From Gemmatimonadota bacterium (GTDB lineage: Bacteria; Gemmatimonadota; Gemmatimonadetes; Gemmatimonadales; GWC2-71-9): a stretch of DNA of 64,000 nt. Location: NCBI GenBank assembly GCA_009692185.1, contig SHZT01000014.1, positions 48 to 64,047 on the forward strand, given 5' to 3'. Positions within the stretch are counted from its first letter, which is position 1; every line of letters begins with the position of its first letter. The notes beneath the pieces were generated by a model. That model had not been told where the DNA came from, did not search any database, and was given only the letters and a program-made list of their open reading frames with translations. The translations under genes and the position numbers were made by a program. Shown here one piece after another: positions 19,649-28,982 of this stretch.

Positions 19649-20011
19649 GTGCAGCACACGGTTCTGGTGTGTGACGATGCGGCATTCATGCGCGCGATGC
19701 TCAGCGACATTCTCACGCAGGCCGGTCTCGACGTGGTCGGTGAGGCCCAGTCGGGGCTCGAGGCCGTGCAGAAGTTCCGTGACCTCCGGCCGGACCTTGT
19801 CACGATGGACCTCCTGATGCCTGACATGGGCGGCATTGACGCGGTGCGGGAGATCGTGGCGTTCGATCCCAAGGCGCGGGTCCTGATGTGCAGCGCCATG
19901 GGACAGCAATCGCTGGTACTCGAGGCGCTCCAGGCCGGGGCGCGGGACTTCATCGTGAAGCCGTTCCAGCCCTCGCGCGTGCTCGAAGCGGTGGAGCGGG
20001 TCCTCGGCTAG
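19649..20011 (+). CDS. cheY: CheY-like response regulator
   Basis: VCDDAAFMR, VTMDLLMP, CSAMGQQ, FIVKPFQ (Bacillus/Thermotoga-type CheY). Confidence 0.85.
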   Translation: MQHTVLVCDDAAFMRAMLSDILTQAGLDVVGEAQSGLEAVQKFRDLRPDLVTMDLLMPDMGGIDAVREIVAFDPKARVLMCSAMGQQSLVLEALQAGARDFIVKPFQPSRVLEAVERVLG

Positions 20012-20013
20012 CC

Positions 20014-20155
20014 GTGATCGCGCCCGCCGCATCCCTCTCCGAAGAGGACCTCCGCGTCCTCAAGTCGCTCGCCCGCCGGATCAATCCCTCCGACACGGGT
20101 GCGCTCAACAACCTCGGCGTTCTCTATGTCCACAAGGGCCTCGTCGATGACGCCA
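20014..20155 (+). pseudogene. Truncated 5' end of a TPR protein
   Basis: DLRVLKSLARRINPSDTGALNNLGVLYVHKGLVDDA is the start of a TPR repeat; protein-like sequence stops at about 20155. Confidence 0.6.
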
Positions 20156-20156
20156 T

Positions 20157-20456
20157 GCCCTGGGGGAAACCGGAAACGTCAACCGCGCGCTGCGGGACGC
20201 ATACGCCATCAACGAGTCGGTATTCGAAGACATGTGGCGGCGTGACCTCAGGCGCCGTTATGGCTGGCTCACGCTGGCCGCCGCGCTGGGCCTGTTCTGG
20301 ATCTTCCTTGCCGGTGGATTGGCCGCATCAACCGTGTGGCGAAGGCGGAGGAATCGGGTGCGCCGTCTGGCGCTGGATGAGGGGTGGCCGGAGCCGCCCC
20401 CCGATGAGGAAAACGTCACGGAAACCCCGCCTTTCAGTGACGGTCCAAGTGCTTGA
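20157..20456 (+). pseudogene. 3' remnant of a membrane-anchored protein (peptidase MA-like C-terminus)
   Basis: ALRDAYAINESVFEDMWRRDLRRRYGW, a TM helix and RRRR stop-transfer; in-frame TGA at 20148 and no N-terminus. Confidence 0.55.
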
Positions 20457-20481
20457 CGCATATGGTGGTTGGCAGTAGCCT
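20453..20481 (+). promoter_or_regulatory. Sigma70 promoter
   Basis: TTGACG-N17-TAGCCT, 8 nt before ATG 20490. Confidence 0.6.
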
Positions 20482-20489
20482 TACGCCCT

Positions 20490-20675
20490 ATGTCTGACAA
20501 GACCGACTCCCCAGCGAAGCTCAAGTTCGGTCGCACCAACGTCGCGTTGCTGGGCGCCGCGATCTTGTCGCTTGCCGCCGGGTACCTGTTGCTCTGGAAC
20601 GGCGATACCACGCTCGCCCCGGTTCTCCTGGTGACCGGGTACTGCGTGCTCTTTCCGCTGGGACTCGCGTTGTAG
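20490..20675 (+). CDS. Small two-TM membrane protein (DUF3098-like)
   Basis: FGRTN..LL...GYLLL...TLAPVLLVTGY pattern. Confidence 0.7.
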   Translation: MSDKTDSPAKLKFGRTNVALLGAAILSLAAGYLLLWNGDTTLAPVLLVTGYCVLFPLGLAL

Positions 20676-20689
20676 CTTGCAGGACGGGC

Positions 20690-20764
20690 GGGCGAATAGC
20701 TCAGCTGGTTCAGAGCGCCTGCCTTACACGCAGGATGTCGGGGGTTCGAATCCCTCTTCGCCCA
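20690..20764 (+). tRNA. tRNA-Val(TAC)
   Basis: GGGCGAA/TTCGCCC acceptor stem, anticodon arm CCTGC-CT-TAC-AC-GCAGG, GGTTCGAATCC T-loop. Confidence 0.97.
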
Positions 20765-20826
20765 TCGGTGGAACGCGGGAACCCGGCACGTCGGTCAGGG
20801 TCACACGGTATAGAGGCCGCCACTTC

Positions 20827-22743
20827 ATGGAACGTTTGAGCCGGAGGAATCGCGCAGTGCGTCACACATCGACACGGCATCGTTCGCTTCTGGTATTCAC
20901 GCTTGCCGCCGCGCCGTTCCTGGTGCCGTCGGCCGCGCAGGGCCAGCTGGCGATGCAGCCCGCCAACGTCTCCATCCTGGTGCTGCCGCCGGTACCCGCG
21001 GTCGTGGGGGACTCGGGGTACGCGGTCGAAGTCGGGGACGCCGTGCGCAAGCGGATCGACGCCAAGCTGCGCCTCAAGCTCCGCGTCATTTCGAAGGACA
21101 AAATGGCGGAGGCACTCGGCAACTCGGGGTTCGCCGCCAACGCGATCCTGGATGAAAACGGGGCCCAGCAGCTCGCGCGCTTCATGAACGTCGACGCCTA
21201 CATGACCGGGCAGCTCGAGCGCAACGCGAACGTGCCGACCCTGAAGGTGCGTCTGGTCGAGGGTCGGCGCTCGGGACTGGGCGGCATGGTGACGGTGACG
21301 GGAGTGGCGGGCAAGGACCTGACCGATTTCGCGTCCCAGGTCGCCGACTCCATCGATATGCAGGTCAAGGCGGCCGAACAGACCCGGGAATGCCTCGACC
21401 GCCGCGACAAGAAGGATTACGGGAGCGCGGAGGAACGCGCCGCGCGCGCGTTCAAGCTGGCGCCCAATCATCCAGGCGCGTCGCTTTGCCTCGCGGCCAT
21501 CCTGGAGCTCAAGAAGGCATCTGTCGACAGCCAGATCGCGGTGTACAAGCGCGCCGCCGTAGGGGACCCGCTCTTGAACCGTGTCTGGGACGGGCTCGCC
21601 CGCCTGTACCAGCAGAAGGGTGACTCCGTCGGCTGGGCGTCCGCGCTCCAGGAGAACCTGAAGAGCAACCCGACCGACATGCGGATGCGGTTCGCCGCGG
21701 TCGACCTGCTCTACAGAACGAAACAGTTCGTGCGGTCCGTGGAGCTGCTGGACGAGGGCCTCGAGCGGAGCCCGGGTGACAACACGGCCATCCAGCTCAA
21801 GGCGCGTAGCTGCTTTGACGGTCAGCTCTGGGGCTGCGCCGTTACCGCCTTGGGCGAGCGGTTCGACATGGACACCACGGCGCAGAACGATTCGCTGTAC
21901 ATCCTCAAGATCATGGTCGCCGCGCAGGCGGTAAACGATTCGGCCACGGTGGCAGCCGCACCGGCCTCCGCCCGCGCGTATTACCGCGCGTCGGCGGACA
22001 ACGTGGCCATGGAAAAGTGGACCGGCGTCGCTGTGAAGAAGTTCCCGAACTCGGTGTCGTTCTGGCGCCGCCGCGCGGCCGGGCTCAAGAACAACGGGAA
22101 GAACGACGAAGCGATCGCCGCATTCCACCGGGTGGCCCAGCTCGACCCGAACGATTTTGCCAGCCGCATCCAGATCGCGCAGAACCTGTCCGACAAGGCG
22201 TCAGCGGTGTTCGACAGCCTGGGCCGCGTGACGGACGACCTGACGGCCAAGAAGGACACCGTCCGGCTCAAGCAGATGCGGCCCTCGCTCGAACCCGTGG
22301 CGGCTGCCGCGTGGGCTCAGGCGGACAGCGTGCTTTCGGATGCGATCCGGCTGGCCTCCTCGGAGACCCGCGTGAACATCGGCGCGCTCATCTTCCAGCC
22401 CGCCACCAAGCTTGCCGGCAAGCAGAACGCGCCGAACCTGTCGATCGCCATGCTCGAGAAGGCGCTGCCGTTGGTGGCCAGTAACGATCAGCTGGTGAAG
22501 CAGGCCAATTTCTTCTTGGGCCTGTCGTATCTCTACAAGATCCAGACGCTGGATTTCCCGGCGATCACGAAGAACAAGGACTGCGCGGCCATGAATGAGC
22601 TGGAGGTGATGGCGAGCCGGGGCAAGGCCGCGATCCTGGCGGGGGCGAGCGTACAGCCCGCGACCGCCAACCAGCTCTCGGGCATCTTCGATGGCATTGC
22701 CAAGACTCCGCCACAGGCGAAGAAGGCGTGGGCCTGCAAATAG
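20827..22743 (+). CDS. Secreted TPR-repeat protein
   Basis: Signal peptide (AAQG), N-terminal alpha/beta domain, several TPR-like helical repeats. Confidence 0.8.
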   Translation: MERLSRRNRAVRHTSTRHRSLLVFTLAAAPFLVPSAAQGQLAMQPANVSILVLPPVPAVVGDSGYAVEVGDAVRKRIDAKLRLKLRVISKDKMAEALGNSGFAANAILDENGAQQLARFMNVDAYMTGQLERNANVPTLKVRLVEGRRSGLGGMVTVTGVAGKDLTDFASQVADSIDMQVKAAEQTRECLDRRDKKDYGSAEERAARAFKLAPNHPGASLCLAAILELKKASVDSQIAVYKRAAVGDPLLNRVWDGLARLYQQKGDSVGWASALQENLKSNPTDMRMRFAAVDLLYRTKQFVRSVELLDEGLERSPGDNTAIQLKARSCFDGQLWGCAVTALGERFDMDTTAQNDSLYILKIMVAAQAVNDSATVAAAPASARAYYRASADNVAMEKWTGVAVKKFPNSVSFWRRRAAGLKNNGKNDEAIAAFHRVAQLDPNDFASRIQIAQNLSDKASAVFDSLGRVTDDLTAKKDTVRLKQMRPSLEPVAAAAWAQADSVLSDAIRLASSETRVNIGALIFQPATKLAGKQNAPNLSIAMLEKALPLVASNDQLVKQANFFLGLSYLYKIQTLDFPAITKNKDCAAMNELEVMASRGKAAILAGASVQPATANQLSGIFDGIAKTPPQAKKAWACK

Positions 22744-22796
22744 ACCAACACGGTTGAACCGTTGGGCTTGCGGCCCTATTGTTCACGCTTGGTTTG

Positions 22797-22871
22797 GGGG
22801 CTGTAGCTCAGCTTGGTTAGAGCGCCGCACTGTCACTGCGGAGGTCGCGGGTTCGAGCCCCGTCAGCCCCG
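22797..22871 (+). tRNA. tRNA-Asp(GTC)
   Basis: GGGGCTG/CAGCCCC acceptor stem, CCGCA-CT-GTC-AC-TGCGG anticodon arm, GGTTCGAGCCC T-loop. Confidence 0.97.
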
Positions 22872-22886
22872 TTGAAACGGCGTCTT

Positions 22887-22942
22887 GAGGGGATAGGGGA
22901 ATCAGAGGGGATAGTCGGACCTCCGGGTCCTGCTGTCCCCTC
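22887..22942. repeat. 9-nt periodic repeat and hairpin after tRNA-Asp
   Basis: GAGGGGATA GGGGAATCA GAGGGGATAG pairs with CTGTCCCCTC around an inner GGACC-TCCG-GGTCC hairpin. Confidence 0.55.
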
Positions 22943-22961
22943 GCTCGTTTCGGCCACGTCG

Positions 22962-23876
22962 ATGTCACCCGCGTACCACACCCCGGTCCTCGCCGGCGAG
23001 GTCGCCCGCCTGGCGACCGGACTCGCCCGCATCGTGGACGGCACCGCCGGCGGCGGTGGCCACACGATTCTTTTCGTGGACGCCGGGGCCCAGGTGTTGG
23101 CGATCGATCGCGACCCCGACGCCATCACCGCGGCGCGGGCGCGCATCACGAGCGACCGGGTCCGTTTTTTCGAGGCCGCGTTCGGGTCGGATGACGCGCT
23201 TCGGGCCGTCGCCGCATTCCGGCCCCAGTTGGTCCTGCTCGACCTCGGCGTGTCGTCGCACCAGATCGACCAGGATGCTCGCGGGTTTTCGTTTCGCCGG
23301 GGCGCTCCGCTGGACATGCGCATGACCCTGGGCGACGGGCAGACCGCGGCGGACCTGCTGAACGAGGCGCCTGAGCCGGAGCTCGCCGACCTGTTCCACG
23401 ACTACGCCGACGAGCCGCGCTCCCGCCGGCTCGCGGGAGAGATCACGCGCCGGCGCGCCCACGCGCCGTTCGCCACCAGCGATGATCTCGTCAACGCCAT
23501 CCGCGCCGTCCTCGGGCCTCGCGCCGGTCCACCCGATTTTGCCCGCCTGTTCCAGGCTGTCCGCATGGCCGTCAACGATGAGCCGGGCGAGCTGGGCCGG
23601 GCGTTGCCCGCGCTCCGCGACGCGCTGGAGCCGGGCGGCGCGCTCGCCGTGATCACGTATCACTCCGGGGAAGACCGCGTCGTGAAGCAGGCGTTCCGGG
23701 AATGGGCCCGCTCCTGCATCTGTCCGCGCGAACAACCGGTCTGCACGTGCCGGGGCCGGCCCCTCGGCGAGGCCCACCCCCGCCGCGGGATTGTCCCGCC
23801 GGACGACGAGATTGCCGCGAACCCGCGCGCCAGGAGCGCGCGGGTTCGCGTCTTCCGGACCGCCGATGGCCGCTAG
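22962..23876 (+). CDS. rsmH: 16S rRNA m4C1402 methyltransferase
   Basis: HTPVL, DGTAGGGGHT, DLGVSSHQID, PLDMRM, ITYHSGEDR, NPRARSA. Confidence 0.96.
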   Translation: MSPAYHTPVLAGEVARLATGLARIVDGTAGGGGHTILFVDAGAQVLAIDRDPDAITAARARITSDRVRFFEAAFGSDDALRAVAAFRPQLVLLDLGVSSHQIDQDARGFSFRRGAPLDMRMTLGDGQTAADLLNEAPEPELADLFHDYADEPRSRRLAGEITRRRAHAPFATSDDLVNAIRAVLGPRAGPPDFARLFQAVRMAVNDEPGELGRALPALRDALEPGGALAVITYHSGEDRVVKQAFREWARSCICPREQPVCTCRGRPLGEAHPRRGIVPPDDEIAANPRARSARVRVFRTADGR

Positions 23877-24153
23877 GGGCCGGCACTGGCTGGCCGTGTG
23901 GCTCGTGTTCGCCCTGGGCGTGCTGGCGTGGGTCGTGGCGCGCCAGACCGCGGCGCACGTGCTGGCGACGAAGCTGAATGAGGTGCGGACGGAACGCTCC
24001 GTGCTCGAGGGGCGCCGGGCCGAGCTCCTTCGGCGGATCCGGGCTGCCGGGAGCCGGGCGGTGCTGACGCCGCGCGCGCGCGCCCTTGGCCTCCGCTTGC
24101 CTGCGGACACCGACATCATCATTCTGCAGGTTCCCACCCCGGAGAGGCCCTAG
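23866..24153 (+). CDS. ftsL: Cell division protein FtsL-like
   Basis: Single TM plus coiled coil, ARALGL; lies between rsmH and ftsI. Confidence 0.75.
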   Translation: MAARGRHWLAVWLVFALGVLAWVVARQTAAHVLATKLNEVRTERSVLEGRRAELLRRIRAAGSRAVLTPRARALGLRLPADTDIIILQVPTPERP

Positions 24154-24154
24154 C

Positions 24155-26167
24155 GTGGCACGACCCGCCGTCCGCCTGGGCGTCATTCAGATGGCGTTTG
24201 CCCTCGGGTTCCTCGCGGTGCTCGCCCGCGCGGCACAGGTCCAGCTGGTGCGCGGCGCGCGCTACGCGGCGCAGGCGGAAGCCCAGCGTACCGAGCGGGT
24301 GACCCTGCCCGCTCGCCGGGGCGCGATCTATGACCGGCGGGGCGTTCCCCTGGCGACCTCCGAAGAGAGTTTCCACGTCGGCGTGGCGCCCAACGAGCTC
24401 AAGAACCCGCCGAACGACGCGCGGCAAATCGCCGCCCGGCTGGGCCTCTCGGCCCGGGACGTCGAACGCGCCCTGCGGCGGAAGTACGCATATTTCCACG
24501 GTCCGTTCTCCGCCTCCCGCGTCGAGCCCCTGCGCGCGATCAAGGGCGTTCACCTGGACAACGAGTTCGTGCGGTTCTACCCCGACCCGCACATGGCCCG
24601 GCCCGTGCTCGGGCGGCCCGCCAGCGAAGGCCGCCCGGCGGACGGGATCGAGCGGGTGCTCGACACCCTGCTGGAAGGCCGCTCGGGCAGCGCCGTGGTC
24701 CTCCGCGACGGGCAGGGAAGGCGATTCGAGTCGCCGTCCCGCCTCGACGCGTTCCCGGTCGCGGGCAACGACGTGTACCTGACCATCGACGCGGACCTCC
24801 AGGACATCGTCGAGCGCGCCCTGGCCGACGCGATGGAGCACTACTCGGCCGCGGGCGGCGACGTCGTGGTGCTGGACCCCCGAACCGGCGAGGTCCTCGC
24901 GCTCGCGTCGCGCGCGGCAGACGGTACCATGTCGTCGTCGGCTTTTACGTCACCGTTCGAGCCCGGGTCTACCGCCAAGCTCTTCGCCGTCGCGGCGCTC
25001 CTCACGCACGGACTGGTGGAGCCGGGCGATTCCGTCTGGGGCGAGCACGGGAAATTCCGCATGGGCCCGCGCACCATCACGGACGATCACGTCGAGGGTT
25101 GGATGACCCTCGATGACGTCATCGCGCAGTCGAGCAACATCGGGATCGCCAAGTTTTCCAGCCGGCTGTCCCGGGAACAGCAGTTCGACATGCTGCGACG
25201 GTTCGGCGTCGGCGCCTCGACGGGGGTCGAGTTCCCGGCGGAGTCCCGCGGGCTCCTGGAACGGCCCGACCGCTGGAGCGGCGTGACGGGCGCAAGCCTG
25301 GCCATGGGCTACGAAATGGCTGTGACTCCCCTCCAGCTGGCCACGGCATACGCGAGCATCGCGAATGACGGCGTCATGCTCCGCCCGACGCTGGTGCGTG
25401 AAGTGCGCTCGCCTAACGGAACGGTCCTGTACACCGCCGTTGCCGAGCCGGTGCGGCGCGTCGTCAGCACGGAAGTGGCCGGGCGCCTTCGCGAAATGTT
25501 GCGGCGCGTGGTATACGAGGGCGGAACGGGCTCCACCGCCGCCCTCACCAGCTACGAAGTCGCGGGCAAGACGGGCACGGCGCGGCGGGCGGGTTCGACG
25601 GGCTATGTGGCGGGACAGTACAGTGCGAGCTTCGCGTCGTTCTTCCCCGCGGAACATCCCCAACTGGTCATGGTGATCAAGCTGGATGACCCCAAGGGCG
25701 CCTACGCGCGCCTCACCGCGGCACCGGTGACGCGATCGGTGCTGGAACAACTGCTTGCCGCACAGTCCGGCTCGCTCGATCGGGGAAGCCTTCCCGGAAA
25801 CGCTTCCGCGCCGGGCCCGGACCCGCTCCTCGACGCGGGCTCGGTGCCCTTCGTCGTCTCGTGGCCCCCCGCTCCTCCGGACACCGCAGTCGTGCAGCGC
25901 GCCGTGCCCGACGTGCGGGGACTTACCCTGCGGGCGGCGGCCCAGCGCCTTCACCAGACCGGCCTGCAGGTGAAGGTGCAGGGATGGGGCCAGGTGCAGG
26001 GCTCTGATCCCCGCGCCGGCTCCCTGGTCAACCCGGGATCGAGCGTCATGATCACCGCGACAGACGTCGTTCCAGCTGCCCGCCCCGTACCTGCCCGCAG
26101 CGCGCCCACCCGTGCCGTTCCCCGCAAGCCCGCCCTGGCCCGCCCCATGGGCCGGCGCGCGCGATGA
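24155..26167 (+). CDS. ftsI: Class B penicillin-binding protein FtsI with PASTA domain
   Basis: RGAIYDR, FEPGSTAK (SxxK), SSN, KTGT, VPDVRGLTLR PASTA. Confidence 0.93.
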   Translation: MARPAVRLGVIQMAFALGFLAVLARAAQVQLVRGARYAAQAEAQRTERVTLPARRGAIYDRRGVPLATSEESFHVGVAPNELKNPPNDARQIAARLGLSARDVERALRRKYAYFHGPFSASRVEPLRAIKGVHLDNEFVRFYPDPHMARPVLGRPASEGRPADGIERVLDTLLEGRSGSAVVLRDGQGRRFESPSRLDAFPVAGNDVYLTIDADLQDIVERALADAMEHYSAAGGDVVVLDPRTGEVLALASRAADGTMSSSAFTSPFEPGSTAKLFAVAALLTHGLVEPGDSVWGEHGKFRMGPRTITDDHVEGWMTLDDVIAQSSNIGIAKFSSRLSREQQFDMLRRFGVGASTGVEFPAESRGLLERPDRWSGVTGASLAMGYEMAVTPLQLATAYASIANDGVMLRPTLVREVRSPNGTVLYTAVAEPVRRVVSTEVAGRLREMLRRVVYEGGTGSTAALTSYEVAGKTGTARRAGSTGYVAGQYSASFASFFPAEHPQLVMVIKLDDPKGAYARLTAAPVTRSVLEQLLAAQSGSLDRGSLPGNASAPGPDPLLDAGSVPFVVSWPPAPPDTAVVQRAVPDVRGLTLRAAAQRLHQTGLQVKVQGWGQVQGSDPRAGSLVNPGSSVMITATDVVPAARPVPARSAPTRAVPRKPALARPMGRRAR

Positions 26168-27627
26168 AGCTTTCCTCGATCGTCGGCGCAATGGAGCGTC
26201 GCGGCCTGCTCGTCAGCAAACCGGCCGCGTTGCCGGACATTACCGGCATAACCGAAGACTCGCGCCGCGTCATGCCGGGCATGCTCTTCTGCGCCATCGA
26301 AGGGAGCGTGCAGGATGGGCACGGGCACTTGGCCGACGCGCTCGCCCGTGGCGCGGCCGCGGCGCTGGTTACCCGCCCGGCCGACCTGTCGATCCCGCAG
26401 GTGGTCGTGAACGACAGCCGGCGGGCCGTGGCCATCGCCGCGGCGGAGTGGTATGGGAACCCGGCCGCCGAAATGACCGTGGTCGGCGTGACCGGCACGA
26501 GCGGCAAGTCCACCACCGTCGCCCTGATTCGCCACGTGCTCAATGAACGCGACGACGTGGCGGCGATCGGCACGCTCGGCGCATTCGATGGGCGAGGCGC
26601 CGAGCTTCCCGAGGGTAGCGGGTTGACCACACCGAGCCCCGTGGAAATCCAGGCGACGCTGGCCGAACTCAAGCGCCGAGGTACGCACGCTGTTGCGCTC
26701 GAGGCCTCCTCCCACGCGCTGGATCAACGCCGCCTCGCGGGTATCGGGTTTTCTGCCGGAGTCTTCACCAACCTGAGCCACGAGCACCTCGACTATCACG
26801 CCGACCTCTCATCCTATCTCGGAGCCAAGCTCCGGCTCGCCGAGTTGATCGTGGACGGCGGCGTCACGGTGGTAAACGGGGACGACCGCGCGTGGCGGGC
26901 GCTTGCGCCCGCCGCATGGCTGCGGCGGGTCGAATACGGAGAATCCGCCGAGGCGCAGGTCCGGGTCTCGGATATCCAGCTCAGCGCGAACGGCAGCACG
27001 TTCCGCATCTCCGCCGGCGGCGAATCGGTTCCCGTCGCGTTGCCGCTGATCGGGGAGTTCAACGTGAGCAACGCGCTGGCTGCCGCGGCGACCGCGATCG
27101 GCCTCGGCCGGAAGCTCCGGGGCATCGCGGCCCGCCTGGGGAGCGCGCCGCAGGTCCCGGGCCGCATGGAACGGATCGTGGGCGAGCCGTTCACGGTCAT
27201 CCGGGACTATTCGCACAAGCCCGACGCCCTCCAGCGCGCGCTCAAGGCCGTCCAGCCACTCACCGCCGGCCGGGTCATCGTGGTGTTCGGCGCCGGCGGC
27301 GACCGGGACCGGACCAAGCGTCCCGTCATGGGGAAGATCGCGGCGAAGGGCGCCGACGTGGCCATCGTCACGTCGGACAACCCGCGCACGGAGGACCCCG
27401 AGCGAATCATCGACGAGATCGAGGAGGGCATGGACGGTATAGCGCATGTGCGGCTGGTGGACCGCCGCGAGGCGATTCACCGGGCCCTCGCCATGGCGCG
27501 CCCGGGCGACTGCGTGATGCTGGCGGGCAAAGGCCACGAGACCTACCAGGTAATAGGCACGGAGAAGGTTCCATTCGACGAACGGGCCATCGTCCTCGAG
27601 GCCCTGGACCGGATGCGGGCGGCGTGA
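26164..27627 (+). CDS. murE: UDP-MurNAc-dipeptide:meso-DAP ligase
   Basis: GVTGTSGKSTT, EASSHAL, FGAGGDRD, SDNPR (DAP specificity), AGKGHE. Confidence 0.96.
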   Translation: MKLSSIVGAMERRGLLVSKPAALPDITGITEDSRRVMPGMLFCAIEGSVQDGHGHLADALARGAAAALVTRPADLSIPQVVVNDSRRAVAIAAAEWYGNPAAEMTVVGVTGTSGKSTTVALIRHVLNERDDVAAIGTLGAFDGRGAELPEGSGLTTPSPVEIQATLAELKRRGTHAVALEASSHALDQRRLAGIGFSAGVFTNLSHEHLDYHADLSSYLGAKLRLAELIVDGGVTVVNGDDRAWRALAPAAWLRRVEYGESAEAQVRVSDIQLSANGSTFRISAGGESVPVALPLIGEFNVSNALAAAATAIGLGRKLRGIAARLGSAPQVPGRMERIVGEPFTVIRDYSHKPDALQRALKAVQPLTAGRVIVVFGAGGDRDRTKRPVMGKIAAKGADVAIVTSDNPRTEDPERIIDEIEEGMDGIAHVRLVDRREAIHRALAMARPGDCVMLAGKGHETYQVIGTEKVPFDERAIVLEALDRMRAA

Positions 27628-28976
27628 TCACCTGGACCGCCGCGCGGGTTCTCCGCGCATTGGGCCAGGACGCCGTGGAGGGGGCGGGCCTCGAGTTCTC
27701 CTCGATCAGCACCGACACGCGAACCCTCGCGCCGGGCGCGTTGTTCGTTGCGCTCGCGGGAGACCGGTTCGACGCGCACGCCTTCCTCGCCCAGGCCGCA
27801 AAGGCCGGGGCCCGGGGCGCCATCGTGCGCCGGGGCACCGAGCCGGTCACCGGCCTGGCCCTGTTCGAGGTGCCGGACACACTTGAAGCCCTCGGCCAGC
27901 TGGCCCGCGCGCGGCGCGACGAGATCACCGGGCCGGTCGTTGCGATCACGGGCACCAACGGGAAGACGTCCACCAAGGAGCTGATCGCGGCCGCCCTGGG
28001 CACCCGCTACCGGGTGCATGCGACCAGCGGGAACCTCAACAATCTGGTGGGCGTCCCGCTCACGATCCTCGGCGCGCCGGACGACGCCGAAGCGCTGGTC
28101 ATCGAGGCAGGCGCAAGCGTCCCCGGGGAGATCGCCCGCCTTCGCGCGATCATCGAGCCCACCGTGGGCGTGATTACCAACGTGGCGGCGGGGCATCTTG
28201 AGGGGTTCGGCACGATTGACGGCGTGCTGGCGGAAAAAACCGCGCTGGTGACGGACGTCCCGCTGGCCATCGTGGGGATCGAGCCGCCCGCGCTCGCGCC
28301 GGCCGCCGGCAAGGCCGCGCGGCGGGTGATCACCGTGGGGCTCAGGGCCGGCGCCGACGTGCGCCCGGACCGCTGGACGCTGGACCCCGGGGGCCGGGCC
28401 ACGATCGTCTTCCGGAACCAGGAGATTCAGTTGCCCCTGGTGGGCGCGCACCAGGCGACGAACGCCGTCTTCGCGCTCGCCCTTGCGGCGGAACTCCGGC
28501 TCGAGCTGCCCGCGGTGGCCAAGGCATTGGGCGAGGTCACGTTGCCGCCCGGCCGGGGTGAGGTCTTGCACTCGGGACGGGTCACGGTCATCAATGATGC
28601 CTACAATGCGAACCCCGGGTCCCTTGCCGCCGCGCTCGATGCGGTCCACGCGATGCGCGCCGGGCGGCGGCTGGTCATCGTGGTGGGGAGCATGCTGGAA
28701 CTGGGCGCCGAGTCGCGCCAGTGGCACGAACGCATGGCCAAGGCCATCCTCGACGTTGACCCCGCCCTGGTCGGGGCGGTCGGTGACTTCGTCCCCGCGC
28801 TCCAGGCGAGGGGCACCGAACTGGGCGACCGACTGGTCGTGGCGGACACGCCGGAGGCCCTGGGCAAGAAGCTCGCGAGCCGGCTGGGCGCGGGCGGTGA
28901 AGAATTGATTCTCCTCAAGGCGTCGCGGGGCGTGGCTCTCGAGCGCGCTCTTCCCCATCTCCTCAACCGTTCCTGA
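27624..28976 (+). CDS. murF: UDP-MurNAc-tripeptide:D-Ala-D-Ala ligase
   Basis: STDTR, ITGTNGKTSTKE, GNLNNLVGVP, DAYNANP, LKASRG. Confidence 0.95.
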   Translation: MITWTAARVLRALGQDAVEGAGLEFSSISTDTRTLAPGALFVALAGDRFDAHAFLAQAAKAGARGAIVRRGTEPVTGLALFEVPDTLEALGQLARARRDEITGPVVAITGTNGKTSTKELIAAALGTRYRVHATSGNLNNLVGVPLTILGAPDDAEALVIEAGASVPGEIARLRAIIEPTVGVITNVAAGHLEGFGTIDGVLAEKTALVTDVPLAIVGIEPPALAPAAGKAARRVITVGLRAGADVRPDRWTLDPGGRATIVFRNQEIQLPLVGAHQATNAVFALALAAELRLELPAVAKALGEVTLPPGRGEVLHSGRVTVINDAYNANPGSLAAALDAVHAMRAGRRLVIVVGSMLELGAESRQWHERMAKAILDVDPALVGAVGDFVPALQARGTELGDRLVVADTPEALGKKLASRLGAGGEELILLKASRGVALERALPHLLNRS

Positions 28977-28982
28977 GACGCC

